DNA of 46,064 nt from assembly GCA_964457465.1 (NCBI GenBank), contig CAYWEJ010000004.1:1-46064 (forward strand). Reading direction: 5' to 3'. Source of the stretch: an uncultured Gammaproteobacteria bacterium. Its GTDB lineage: Bacteria > Patescibacteriota > Microgenomatia > Levybacterales > UBA12049. This document shows positions 30,584 through 39,782 of the stretch, in pieces. The translations under genes and the position numbers were made by a program. Under the pieces are notes generated by a model. That model was not told the DNA's origin, searched no databases, and saw only the letters and a list, made by a program, of their open reading frames with translations. Position 1 is the stretch's first letter; each line of letters opens with the position of its first letter.

Positions 30584-30832
30584 TTATCTTAAAGTCAAGA
30601 ACGCAACTAGCTGCGCAATAATAATAGCAGCTGTGATAACGCTAGTCTTTATCAGATCATGCCTAACATAGGCAGTTTCAGCGTAGGTGTGGATACGAAG
30701 AGGTGCTGTTGTAGGCTTTGGATATGCTTCGGGTAGGGAGTGGGGGCGGTACTCCACTGTATAGGGAGTATGACTTGAGTGGCGAAGATCTGCTTTCATT
30801 TTCTCTTGGCGAGTTTTTCTCTTCTTAGCCAT
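30584..30832 (-). CDS. Small basic protein with C-terminal TM helix
   Basis: 82 aa; MAKKRKTRQEK N-terminus and hydrophobic C-terminus. Confidence 0.7.
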   Translation of the reverse strand: MAKKRKTRQEKMKADLRHSSHTPYTVEYRPHSLPEAYPKPTTAPLRIHTYAETAYVRHDLIKTSVITAAIIIAQLVAFLTLR

Positions 30833-30854
30833 TATAGTAGCCTAGGTTACACTA

Positions 30855-30884
30855 TTGACACTGAGGCTGTCAAGAGGCTAAGAT
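30855..30884 (+). promoter_or_regulatory. Promoter with palindromic TTGACA-N7-TGTCAA core
   Basis: TTGACA 30855-60, TGTCAA 30868-73, TAAGAT 30879-84, 8 nt before ATG 30893. Confidence 0.6.
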
Positions 30885-30892
30885 GTCCAGAG

Positions 30893-31372
30893 ATGACAAG
30901 TGTTTTCCTCGCTCTTTTTTTCGTTGTTGCCATTCTATGGCTTATAGTTCTAACCTATATATTTTTAAAACAAAAAAGACATTACGACAGGCTTATTAGT
31001 GATGTTACTTCGGAGTCACTTTCTTCAGTGCTTGATAGAATTATTGGTGACATCCAAACTTCAAAAAAGGATATTGCACAACTTGTATCACACTATGATA
31101 AGATTGAAAGAGAAGGCTCGTTTCATATTCAGAAAATTGGGTTGTTGAGATTTAATCCTTTTAAAGACACAGGAGGAGATCAAAGCTTTATTCTCTCTTT
31201 TTTGGATTCACATGACAGCGGGCTTATTATTTCTGGTTTGTACTCTCGTTCTGGTACCAGATGGTATGCTAAAAAAGTAACACATGGAAAAGGTGATGAT
31301 TACGATCTTTCTGATGAGGAGAAAAAAGCTATAGCTGATGCTAAGAAAATCAATAAGGAATATGAAAAATAA
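30893..31372 (+). CDS. DUF4446 family protein
   Basis: N-terminal TM and coiled coil, then QKIGLLRFNPF-x-DTGGDQSF...YAK; start taken at MTSVFL. Confidence 0.85.
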   Translation: MTSVFLALFFVVAILWLIVLTYIFLKQKRHYDRLISDVTSESLSSVLDRIIGDIQTSKKDIAQLVSHYDKIEREGSFHIQKIGLLRFNPFKDTGGDQSFILSFLDSHDSGLIISGLYSRSGTRWYAKKVTHGKGDDYDLSDEEKKAIADAKKINKEYEK

Positions 31373-32528
31373 CAAAATATTATTTATTCTTTCAGCAATC
31401 GGGGTCTATCTTTTTGCTACAGGTGCTTCATATGCCATCTTTTCGACTATTGGAGGTAAAACAGATTCTGTTAAGCCAGTCACAACTGGGAAGACTAATG
31501 ACTATGAAGCTGTCGATTTTGATGGTGGCCCAAAGACAGAAGAGTGTCCTCTTAATGGAGCAATGTATTCAAAAGATCAGCGTAAGTGGTGGGAGGGGCA
31601 TAGGCCTTTGGGTGTTATGATCGAAAATTCGACTGATGCTCGACCACAATCAGGGATTTCATTTGCAGACGTTGTATATGAGGCAATTGCAGAAGGTGGG
31701 ATTACTCGTTTTCTTAGTGTATTCTACTGCCAAGATGCGGGAATTGTAGGGCCAGTCAGGTCTGCGAGAACTTATTTCCTTGATTTTATATCTGAGTATG
31801 GCTCATACCCGCTTTATGCCCACGTCGGTGGAGCAAATACACCAGGACCTGCAGATGCTCTTGGTCAAATTGTTGATTATGGTTGGAACGTTTACAATGA
31901 TCTTAACCAGTTTTCAATAGGATACCCTACCTTTAGAAGAGATGATAGTAGATTGGGAAGATCAGTTGCTACTGAGCATACGATGTACTCAACTACTTCA
32001 AAGCTTTGGGAAGTAGGTAAAAAAAGAGGGTTAACTGATAAAGATAAAGATGGAAATAGTTGGGATGATTCATTTGTAAAATATTCATTTAAAGATGATG
32101 AGTCTCTATCTTCTCGTCCAGAAAGTCAAAAAGTTATGGTAACTTTTTGGGATAGTCAGCCAGCATATGCTGTCACATGGAATTATGATAAGGCAACAAA
32201 TACATATAAGAGAGTAAATGGCGATGCTTCTCATCTTGATAATAATACAAAGAAGCAGTTGGCTCCAAAAAATATTATTATTCTTTACATGAAAGAAAGC
32301 CGCGCAAATGATGGATATGAAGGAAATCTTCATGAAATATTTGGTACGAAAGGAAGTGGTAACGCTGTTGTATTCCAAAATGGAGAAGAGATAAAGGCAA
32401 AGTGGAGAAAGACAGACAGGGAGGGAAGGACTGAGTTAACAGATGCCAAAGGAGATGATATTGAATTTGTACGTGGTCAGATCTGGTTTCAGATTGTTCC
32501 AAACACAAACACGATTGATGTTCAATAG
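31359..32528 (+). CDS. DUF3048 family exported protein
   Basis: CPLNG, RPLGVMIEN...ARPQSG...ADVVYE...EGGITRF, GPVRSAR. Confidence 0.85.
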   Translation, partial: NMKNNKILFILSAIGVYLFATGASYAIFSTIGGKTDSVKPVTTGKTNDYEAVDFDGGPKTEECPLNGAMYSKDQRKWWEGHRPLGVMIENSTDARPQSGISFADVVYEAIAEGGITRFLSVFYCQDAGIVGPVRSARTYFLDFISEYGSYPLYAHVGGANTPGPADALGQIVDYGWNVYNDLNQFSIGYPTFRRDDSRLGRSVATEHTMYSTTSKLWEVGKKRGLTDKDKDGNSWDDSFVKYSFKDDESLSSRPESQKVMVTFWDSQPAYAVTWNYDKATNTYKRVNGDASHLDNNTKKQLAPKNIIILYMKESRANDGYEGNLHEIFGTKGSGNAVVFQNGEEIKAKWRKTDREGRTELTDAKGDDIEFVRGQIWFQIVPNTNTIDVQ

Positions 32529-32564
32529 AGAGTAGGTAATGTATTCAATAGTGTTGTTTAGTCG

Positions 32565-32593
32565 TTGCATCTTAGGCTTTTTTGGTATATAGT
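32565..32593 (+). promoter_or_regulatory. Promoter for the HTH-MNT/secD/secF/NUDIX unit
   Basis: TTGCAT-17 nt-TATAGT, 31 nt before ATG 32625. Confidence 0.55.
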
Positions 32594-32624
32594 ATCTTCA
32601 GTTTTCTGCTTCGCATGATTATCT

Positions 32625-33200
32625 ATGTTATCAGATCTTATTACATCTAAATCCCGCGTTACTCTTCTCAATGTCTTTTTAGCAAATCCATATGAAATGT
32701 TTCACGTTCGTGAGTGCGTTCGAAGAACTGGTGATGAAATTAACGCAGTCAGGCGAGAGTTGTTGTTTTTAGAAAAGCATGGAATTCTCCAAAAGGAACA
32801 AAGAGCAAATAGGTTATACTACTCCCTTGATAAAGAATACGCATTTTATTTCGATCTTTTGGCGCTTGGGGTCAAGACGATTGGACTAGGGAAAGATTTT
32901 ATTGATAATAAGGCGAAATTAGGGAAGATTAAATGGGCTATGTTTTCGTCAAAATTTGTTAGAAGAGTTAAAGGGAACCCTGAAGATGTTGATTTCATGG
33001 TTATTGGAACAGTCGTTCTTCCTGAACTTGCTGCGCTTGTTCGTGCAGAGGAGCAGCGTTTGGCAACAGAAATTAATTACACAGCCATGACTGAGGAGGA
33101 ATTCAAATTTAGAAAAGTGAGAAACGATCCATTTATTTCAAATATCCTCTCTGGAGGTAGGGTAATGCTTTGGGGAGACGAGGAGACAATGTTGTCATGA
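32625..33200 (+). CDS. Winged-helix plus degenerate minimal nucleotidyltransferase-like protein
   Basis: N-terminal wHTH (FHVRECVR...INAVRRELLFLE...GIL); C-terminal FSSKF...EDVDFMVIG...EINYT. Confidence 0.75.
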   Translation: MLSDLITSKSRVTLLNVFLANPYEMFHVRECVRRTGDEINAVRRELLFLEKHGILQKEQRANRLYYSLDKEYAFYFDLLALGVKTIGLGKDFIDNKAKLGKIKWAMFSSKFVRRVKGNPEDVDFMVIGTVVLPELAALVRAEEQRLATEINYTAMTEEEFKFRKVRNDPFISNILSGGRVMLWGDEETMLS

Positions 33201-34546
33201 AAGGTCCGTCAAATTTCCTCGTAGCTGTTATTATTGTTGTTTTTGTTCTTTGTGCTCTTATCAATATTCCTTCAAGCATTACTATTCCTCACATCTCACA
33301 GCTCCACATACCTGAGAAAAAAATTGATCTTATTAATATCAACACACTTCTCAAAACAATAAACCTTTCGCAAGATGTTTCATTTAGAAGAGGGCTTGAT
33401 CTTGAGGGAGGTACGAGTGTCACCCTTCGAGCAGATATGAAAGATATAGCTGTTGATCAAAGAAATGATGCTCTTGATTCTGCAAAAGATGTCATTGAAA
33501 AAAGAATAAATCTTTATGGTGTTTCAGAACCTGTGATTCAGACCTCGCAAGTTAACAAAGATTATCGCATTATTGTTGAAATACCTGGAGTTACGGACGT
33601 AAATCAGGCAATTTCTCTGATTGGGAAAACAGCGCAGCTGACTTTTTGGGAGGAAGGAGCATCAGGCTCTGCGCAACCGAATGTAGTTCCTCCGCTTGGA
33701 GTAGATCAGGTGCTTGGTGCAAACGCTCGTCAGACAGACCTAAGTGGTAAGGATCTTAAAAAAGCAGCCGTAACATTTAATCCGAATACTGGAGAACCTC
33801 AGGTTCAACTCACTTTCACGAATGAGGGTACAAGAAAATTTGGCGAAATTACTAAAAGGAATGTTGGTAAAATAGTTGGTATTGTTCTTGATAATAGACT
33901 TATTCAGGCACCACGAGTTAATGAGCCAATTCTTGCAGGAACAGCTGAAATAACAGGAGCATTTACGATAGAACAGGCAAAAGCACTTCAGATACAGCTT
34001 AATGCAGGAGCATTGCCAATATCTCTTTCGATACTTGAGCAACGGACTATCGGAGCAACTCTTGGAGATGAAGCTGTTATCAAAAGTTTGATTGCAGGTG
34101 CTATCGGATTTGGTGTCATTGTAATTTTTATGATCAGTCTTTATGGGGAATTGGGAGTAGTGGCAAGTCTCGCGCTTATTATTTATACACTTATTACGTT
34201 GGCAATCTTCAGGCTTGTGCCAGTGACTTTAACTCTTGCTGGCATTGCTGGATTTATTCTTTCAATCGGTATAGCAGTTGATGCTAATATATTGATATTC
34301 GAACGTATTCGTGAAGAAATGAGAAAAGGGAAGTCTGAACACGCATCATTAGACCTTGGGTTTTTAAGAGCATGGGCATCAATTCGAGACTCAAATATTG
34401 CTAGTTTGATAACTAGCTTAGTCCTTATGATTTTTGGAACTGGAATAGTAAGAGGATTTGCCTTAACGCTTGCTATAGGAGTGCTCGTGTCTCTTTTCTC
34501 AGCAGTTGTGGTAACGAGAACATTATTAAGAATTGTTTATCGATAA
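33197..34546 (+). CDS. secD: Protein translocase subunit SecD
   Basis: GLDLEGG, RINLYGVSEP, AGALP, IGATLG, IGIAVDANILIFER, GFALTL. Confidence 0.95.
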   Translation: MKGPSNFLVAVIIVVFVLCALINIPSSITIPHISQLHIPEKKIDLININTLLKTINLSQDVSFRRGLDLEGGTSVTLRADMKDIAVDQRNDALDSAKDVIEKRINLYGVSEPVIQTSQVNKDYRIIVEIPGVTDVNQAISLIGKTAQLTFWEEGASGSAQPNVVPPLGVDQVLGANARQTDLSGKDLKKAAVTFNPNTGEPQVQLTFTNEGTRKFGEITKRNVGKIVGIVLDNRLIQAPRVNEPILAGTAEITGAFTIEQAKALQIQLNAGALPISLSILEQRTIGATLGDEAVIKSLIAGAIGFGVIVIFMISLYGELGVVASLALIIYTLITLAIFRLVPVTLTLAGIAGFILSIGIAVDANILIFERIREEMRKGKSEHASLDLGFLRAWASIRDSNIASLITSLVLMIFGTGIVRGFALTLAIGVLVSLFSAVVVTRTLLRIVYR

Positions 34547-34547
34547 T

Positions 34548-35465
34548 ATGCTAGACATTATAAAAAGAAAAAATATCTACTTTATTATTTCGCTTCTTAT
34601 TATTATTCCAGGAGCGATATCGCTTTTCATGTATGGACTTAAACTGTCCATTGAATTTACAGGCGGATCACGCATGGCTCTTGTTTTTAGTGAAAAAGCC
34701 TCTGACAAAACATTGCAGCAAATTAGATCTGAATTTACCAATGAGAGACTTGCGATAGGCTCGATTCAGTCATCTGAAAATAGCGTTATCATCAAGGCTT
34801 CACCAATGAATGAAAAACAAAATGCTCGTATTCTTTCTAGGCTTAGACATGAGGATAAAGAAGTGAAGCAGGAATCATTTGAGAACATCGGTCCGACAAT
34901 CGGTAAAGAGACTACTATGAAGGCATTTTATTCAGTCTTGCTCGCTTCGGTTCTCATCGTACTCTATATAGCAATTTCTTTTAGAAAGGTTCCAAAACCT
35001 GCAAGTAGTATGCGTTTTGGTATTTGTGCAGTAGTAGCACTGTTGCATGACGTGCTAGTAGTTGTTGGGATATTTTCAATCCTTGGTCATTTTCTTAATG
35101 TTGAAATTGATAGTCTATTTATTACGGCAGTATTAACAGTTATTGGGTTTTCAGTTCATGACACTATTGTTGTCTTTGATAGAATTAGAGAAAATCTTCT
35201 TAAAGTTAGCGGAGTTCCTTTTTCTACAATCGTTAACAATTCAATTCTCCAAACAATTGTAAGATCTCTTAACACCTCACTTACTGCGATTCTTGTCTTG
35301 ATAGCTGTTCTACTTTTCGGAGGAGAGTCTATAAGATGGTTTGTTATTGCTTTGCTGATTGGTATCGTAAGTGGCACCTATTCCTCAATTTTTAATGCCT
35401 CACCACTTCTTGTCGCATGGCATGAGTGGGACGAAAAAAGAAAGAAAGCAATTTCAAAAAAGTAA
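34548..35465 (+). CDS. secF: Protein translocase subunit SecF
   Basis: SIEFTGG, IGPTIG, LHDV, IGFSVHDTIVVFDRIRE, GTYSSIF. Confidence 0.95.
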   Translation: MLDIIKRKNIYFIISLLIIIPGAISLFMYGLKLSIEFTGGSRMALVFSEKASDKTLQQIRSEFTNERLAIGSIQSSENSVIIKASPMNEKQNARILSRLRHEDKEVKQESFENIGPTIGKETTMKAFYSVLLASVLIVLYIAISFRKVPKPASSMRFGICAVVALLHDVLVVVGIFSILGHFLNVEIDSLFITAVLTVIGFSVHDTIVVFDRIRENLLKVSGVPFSTIVNNSILQTIVRSLNTSLTAILVLIAVLLFGGESIRWFVIALLIGIVSGTYSSIFNASPLLVAWHEWDEKRKKAISKK

Positions 35466-35467
35466 TA

Positions 35468-35887
35468 ATGGATAATCAGGTCGTAGTATTCGCAGGACTT
35501 TTAATACACGAAGGAAAAATTCTCATGGGCCAAAGAAAAGAACCTGAGCTTACAGACGCTCACCTTAAATGGGAGTTTCCTGGAGGAAAACCTCGTTTTG
35601 GTGAAGATCCTAAAGAGACTGTTAAAAGAGAATTTCTAGAAGAAACAGGCATAACTGTTGATGTTGGAGAGTTAATTCCATACGTTCAGAATAGTATTTG
35701 GAAGTATGAAGACAGAACAGTTCAATCTCTCTGCTTTGCATTTACATGCTCATTCCTATCTCAGCAAGCATTCCCAAATGATCATCATGTAGAAAAAATA
35801 GAGTGGTTTAGCGTTGAAGAAGTAGCAACGTTAGATTCGCTACCAGGAACAAAAGAGATGCTAGTTGCAGCGGGGTTACTGATCTAA
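35468..35887 (+). CDS. NUDIX hydrolase (MutT-like)
   Basis: WEFPGGKPRFGEDPKETVKREFLEETG Nudix box. Confidence 0.88.
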   Translation: MDNQVVVFAGLLIHEGKILMGQRKEPELTDAHLKWEFPGGKPRFGEDPKETVKREFLEETGITVDVGELIPYVQNSIWKYEDRTVQSLCFAFTCSFLSQQAFPNDHHVEKIEWFSVEEVATLDSLPGTKEMLVAAGLLI

Positions 35888-36339
35888 TTCCCAACAAGAT
35901 GTTTTTTGACAAGTGAACTAACAATCGAGCCGTCGGCTTTACCCTTTGTCTTTGGCATAAGAAACGCCATAACTTTCCCCATCTCTTGAGGAGTTTTAGC
36001 TCCTGTTTGTTGGATTGCATCGATTACTAATGATTCAATTTCAGACTCAGACATTTGTGCTGGAAGATATTCTTGGATGATTAAAAGTTCTGCCTTCTCT
36101 TTATCAGCAAGCTCTGGTCTATTTCCAGCCATAAATTGCTCAATCGAATCTCTTCTTTGTTTGGCTTGAGCCTGAAGTACATTCATTACATCTTCTTCTG
36201 TTGCTACATATCCAGCTCCTCCTTTGTTAATTTCATAATAATTTATCGCTGAAAGTATCATGCGAAGAATTGATGTTTTCTCAGTGTCTCTTGCAAGCAT
36301 CGATTTTTTGAGCTCTTCTTGAAATGTTTGTTTAGTCAT
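35884..36339 (-). CDS. yqeY: GatB/YqeY domain protein
   Basis: AKQRRDSIEQF...GNRPELADKE...YLP...MGKVM...GKADG. Confidence 0.92.
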   Translation of the reverse strand: MTKQTFQEELKKSMLARDTEKTSILRMILSAINYYEINKGGAGYVATEEDVMNVLQAQAKQRRDSIEQFMAGNRPELADKEKAELLIIQEYLPAQMSESEIESLVIDAIQQTGAKTPQEMGKVMAFLMPKTKGKADGSIVSSLVKKHLVGN

Positions 36340-37727
36340 TCCTTTATTATATCAGAATATGCATCGTGTATTCGTTTTAGCAAAAAATCTTTATTATTTT
36401 TTGATAGATCTTCATCGACTTCTTCAAATAACTTTAGTAAAATGTTTCCAATTACCGGTCCTGGCTTAATCCCTAACTCTTTCATAACATCGTTCCCATC
36501 GATCGCAAGGTCGTTTATTGAAAATGGTGCTGGAGCTAATTGCTCCTCAACTCTTTTTTTAAATAATTTAAGCCTCCAGCTTTCAGCTGTTTGTGTTCCG
36601 CCACCTAGTCTATCGCCAATTCTTAGATCCATCATATCCTGAACATTTTCAGCACCAATTCTTCTAATAAATCTTCTCACTGCACTGTCAGTTATGTGCT
36701 CATCTACAGTGAACATATGCCAACGTATCAATTTAGTAATTCTCTCCTTTTCTTTTTTTGAAAATCTCAACCGATCACATATTTCATAGGCTAATTTTGA
36801 ACCGACTATTTCATGGTTGTGAAAAATAACATATCCATCCTTATCTTTGGTCGCAACGCGAGGTTTGCCAATATCGTGGATAAGTGTTGCAAAACGGACA
36901 ACTGGATCAGTCGAAGGACAAAATTTTAGTGAAAAAATATTATGGTCAAAAACATCAGTCGTGTGGTGACGTCCTGGTCTTTTTTGAGAAACACCTATAC
37001 CTTCCAGGAGTTCTGGGAGAATATGAGAAAGAATATTGGTGTTTTTTAATAGCATAACACCTTCAAAAGAGTGATCACTTGCAAAAATTTTCATTAATTC
37101 ATCATGTACTCTCTCCCTAGCTACATGCTCAATAAGAGAGGCATCGCTATTAATTGCAGAAAGTGTTTGGCTTTCAATTTCAAAATTGAGCTGAGCAGCA
37201 AAGCGTATCGCTCTCATAAGCCGAAGCGCGTCTTCTTTAAATCTTTCATTTGGGTCTCCTACAGCGCGAATAATTCTCTTATCCAGATCTTTTCGTCCGT
37301 CAAAGGGATCAATTATGTCAAGTTTTTGCTGGAATAACCCATCATTTATCGGGATAGCTATAGCATTGATGGTGAAGTCTCTTCTTGAAAGATCTTCTTC
37401 AATACTACTACCCCATGATACATTGTCAGGATGTCTTAAGTCTGAGTAACCTTTTTCGGTTCGAAAAGTGGTAATCTCCAGAACAGTAATTGTCTCTTCA
37501 CCTTTTTTTATAGGAATGCCAACAGTTCCAAACGTATTGTCATAAAATCCATCAGGAAGAAGCTTGAGTATCTCCTCCGGTGTTGCATTAGTGGTAAAAT
37601 CCCAGTCTTTTACTTCTTTTTCAAGTAAAATATTTCTGACACAACCCCCTACAAGATAGAGCAAAAAACCTTCTTTTTCAAAACTTTTTGCAATGCTGAG
37701 AACTTCTTTAGGTATCTTTTCTATCAT
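36336..37727 (-). CDS. cca: CCA tRNA nucleotidyltransferase with HD domain
   Basis: LVGGCVR, DWDFTT, RRDFTINA, EDALRLMRAIRF, ERVHDE, H...HDIGK; start taken at MIEKIP. Confidence 0.92.
   Translation of the reverse strand: MIEKIPKEVLSIAKSFEKEGFLLYLVGGCVRNILLEKEVKDWDFTTNATPEEILKLLPDGFYDNTFGTVGIPIKKGEETITVLEITTFRTEKGYSDLRHPDNVSWGSSIEEDLSRRDFTINAIAIPINDGLFQQKLDIIDPFDGRKDLDKRIIRAVGDPNERFKEDALRLMRAIRFAAQLNFEIESQTLSAINSDASLIEHVARERVHDELMKIFASDHSFEGVMLLKNTNILSHILPELLEGIGVSQKRPGRHHTTDVFDHNIFSLKFCPSTDPVVRFATLIHDIGKPRVATKDKDGYVIFHNHEIVGSKLAYEICDRLRFSKKEKERITKLIRWHMFTVDEHITDSAVRRFIRRIGAENVQDMMDLRIGDRLGGGTQTAESWRLKLFKKRVEEQLAPAPFSINDLAIDGNDVMKELGIKPGPVIGNILLKLFEEVDEDLSKNNKDFLLKRIHDAYSDIIKE
36346..36354 (-). 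promoter_or_regulatory. Extended -10 promoter for yqeY inside the cca 3' end
   Basis: TG-a-TATAAT, 6 nt before ATG 36339. Confidence 0.55.
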
Positions 37728-37784
37728 ATCTTGTTGAGCAATGTATCGTCTGATATAGTATATCAAATAAAACTAATATAAGGC

Positions 37785-39452
37785 ATGACACAAGAAAAAA
37801 AATGGGACATCATTACAAATTCCCCAACGCGGTCAATTGATGATGTAATTCAAGTTCTTCTTTCAAATAGAGATATAGTTTCAGAACAGGATAAGCAGGA
37901 TTTTTTTAACCCAGACTTTGACGAGATATCACTTGAGTCAGTTGGTGTAAAAAAAAATCAGATTGATAAGACGTTGAAGCGACTAAAGAAAGCACATAAG
38001 AACCAAGAATTAGTTGTGGTTTATGGTGATTATGATGTGGATGGTATTACTGGAACAGCAATTTTGTGGGAGACTCTCATAAAACTTGGATTTAAAGCGA
38101 TGCCATATATCCCTCATAGAATAGAAGAGGGATATGGCTTATCGGAAAAAGGCATTATCTCTTTAAAAGAAAACATGCCTGATGCCTCGCTTATCATTAC
38201 CGTAGACAATGGTATTGTTGCTCATGATGCAGTTGCATTTGCAAACACTCAAGGAATAGATGTGATCATTACAGACCATCATATGTCTGATAGTAATCTG
38301 CCAAAATCATTGTCTATTATTCACTCTACAAAATTATGCGGAGCAGGAGTTGCTTTATTATTGTCAAAGAGGCTTCAGGCTGAATTTGGCATTGAGGACA
38401 ATGCCATGATTGAATCACATCTTGCATTAGCTGCACTTGCAACAGTCGCAGACTTAGTACCATTAAAAAAAGAAAATCGAGCGATTCTATTTCATGGATT
38501 AAAGAAACTACACCAAACAAAAAGAATTGGCTTATTAGCGCTTTTCAAGATAGCATGCCTAACCCAGGAAGATATTGGGGTATACGAGATAGGTCACGTT
38601 ATTGCCCCTCGTCTTAATGCGGCTGGAAGAATCGAAGATGCGATGGATAGCCTCAGACTTCTCTGTACGAAAGATAGCAAGAGGGCAACAGCCTTAGCTG
38701 AGAGATTAGACATTACGAATAAAGAGAGACAGCTCCTTACTTTTTCTGCTGCAAAACATGCTAACGACATGGTTAGATCAAAAGATTCTATGAAAAAAAT
38801 TTTGATCATAGCGCATGAGAGTTATGAGGAAGGGATTATTGGGTTAGTTGCAGGAAAACTTGTTGAAGAATTTTATAGACCTTCGATTGTAATTTCGATC
38901 GGTGAGGAAAAAAGCAAAGGGTCAGTGAGATCAGTTAGCGGATTTAATGTAATAGAGTTCCTTAGGTCAAAACCAGATTTGTTTATTAACGTTGGTGGAC
39001 ACCCTATGGCTGCAGGCTTTACTATTCATTCTCATAGCATTGATAATTTTGTTTCTGTTCTAGAAGATGCTGCTGATGCGATTATTGATTCGGATACTCT
39101 TCAAAGAAAAATTAAGATCGATCTAGAGATATCTTTTTCATTTGTTAGTGATGAGCTGTATCAAAAAATTCAAACTCTTTCTCCTTTTGGGATGGGAAAT
39201 TCTGAGCCAATTTTTTTATCCAGACATCTCTTAGTGCGTGAAAAGAGATTGCTAGGAAAAGATGGAAAACACATAAGGCTTGTTCTGCAGGATGGGGATG
39301 GCGGTAATATTATTCAGGCAGTTGGGTTTGGGCTTGGTAAACGTTTTGATCAAATTCAAGAAGATGGCTATATTGATGTTGTGTACGCACTACGTGTCAA
39401 TGAATGGAATAATACTAAAAAATTGCAGCTTATGATAAAAGACTTTCGTTAG
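37785..39452 (+). CDS. recJ: Single-stranded DNA exonuclease RecJ
   Basis: YGDYDVDG, TVDNG, TDHH, TVADLVPL, PRLNAAGR, GGHPMAAG. Confidence 0.95.
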   Translation: MTQEKKWDIITNSPTRSIDDVIQVLLSNRDIVSEQDKQDFFNPDFDEISLESVGVKKNQIDKTLKRLKKAHKNQELVVVYGDYDVDGITGTAILWETLIKLGFKAMPYIPHRIEEGYGLSEKGIISLKENMPDASLIITVDNGIVAHDAVAFANTQGIDVIITDHHMSDSNLPKSLSIIHSTKLCGAGVALLLSKRLQAEFGIEDNAMIESHLALAALATVADLVPLKKENRAILFHGLKKLHQTKRIGLLALFKIACLTQEDIGVYEIGHVIAPRLNAAGRIEDAMDSLRLLCTKDSKRATALAERLDITNKERQLLTFSAAKHANDMVRSKDSMKKILIIAHESYEEGIIGLVAGKLVEEFYRPSIVISIGEEKSKGSVRSVSGFNVIEFLRSKPDLFINVGGHPMAAGFTIHSHSIDNFVSVLEDAADAIIDSDTLQRKIKIDLEISFSFVSDELYQKIQTLSPFGMGNSEPIFLSRHLLVREKRLLGKDGKHIRLVLQDGDGGNIIQAVGFGLGKRFDQIQEDGYIDVVYALRVNEWNNTKKLQLMIKDFR

Positions 39453-39658
39453 TCTCCCTCTGTGTATAGTTTTGTCCCATCAGTAGGCAGGATGTTTTGT
39501 GGCTCATAGCTTTTTCCATAAATTCGTGTAGGAATAATCGTTTGCCCATATGCGTTTGTATCTGCATTCGTTGGGTCAAATAGCTCTCCTTGTCCGACTG
39601 GTCTCCATGGGCCAAACTCAGCTTCAATGTTATAGAATTTTCTTTCCGACATAAGCAT
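39449..39658 (-). CDS. Orphan 69-aa protein downstream of the putative attenuator
   Basis: MLMSERKFYNIEAEFGPWRPVGQGELFDP...; GGGAGA 7 nt upstream; convergent 4-nt stop overlap with recJ. Confidence 0.5.
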   Translation of the reverse strand: MLMSERKFYNIEAEFGPWRPVGQGELFDPTNADTNAYGQTIIPTRIYGKSYEPQNILPTDGTKLYTEGD

Positions 39659-39685
39659 AAAAAAATCTCCCTTTTTTGGGAGATT
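39659..39685 (-). terminator. Intrinsic terminator (attenuator helix 3:4)
   Basis: AAUCUCCC-A6-GGGAGAUU stem with a U7 run. Confidence 0.85.
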
Positions 39686-39723
39686 GATCATGAAATTTTG
39701 CTTCTATTACACGTCAATCTCCA

Positions 39724-39774
39724 CTACTTTTGGTAGTGGCGCTTAAATGACATGGTGTTAAAAGCAAAATTCAT
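39724..39774 (-). CDS. Putative leader peptide MNFAFNTMSFKRHYQK
   Basis: ATG lies 8 nt after the TATACT -10 box; TAG stop is 1 nt before the antiterminator arm. Confidence 0.55.
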   Translation of the reverse strand: MNFAFNTMSFKRHYQK

Positions 39775-39782
39775 CGCGCCTT

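Larger units (their letters stand above)
39659..39777 (-). promoter_or_regulatory. Structured leader RNA / putative transcription attenuator (alternatively an sRNA of about 115 nt)
   Basis: 85-nt rod hairpin 39774-39690; segment GGAGAUUGA (39722-14) is perfectly complementary to UCAAUCUCC (39687-79), which overlaps the terminator 5' arm. Confidence 0.7.

Noticed and set aside
30564-30598. TTGACT as the -35 for the DUF5679 transcript
   Set aside because: The spacer to TATAAT is 23 nt, too long for a standard sigma-70 promoter.
36319-36642. 107-aa plus-strand ORF opposite the cca 3' end
   Set aside because: Antisense to a conserved domain, with no independent support.
39659-39691. Start of the orphan ORF at ATG 39691 (80 aa)
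   Set aside because: That ATG lies in the rod helix and the frame would cross the terminator. ATG 39658 has a well-spaced SD and is preferred, though 39691 is not formally excluded.
39690-39774. SRP RNA, T-box or known riboswitch identity for the leader hairpin
   Set aside because: No SRP domain IV motif, no T-box UGGnACC-type bulge or long stem I, and no aptamer consensus that I recognise; the leader faces away from aspS.
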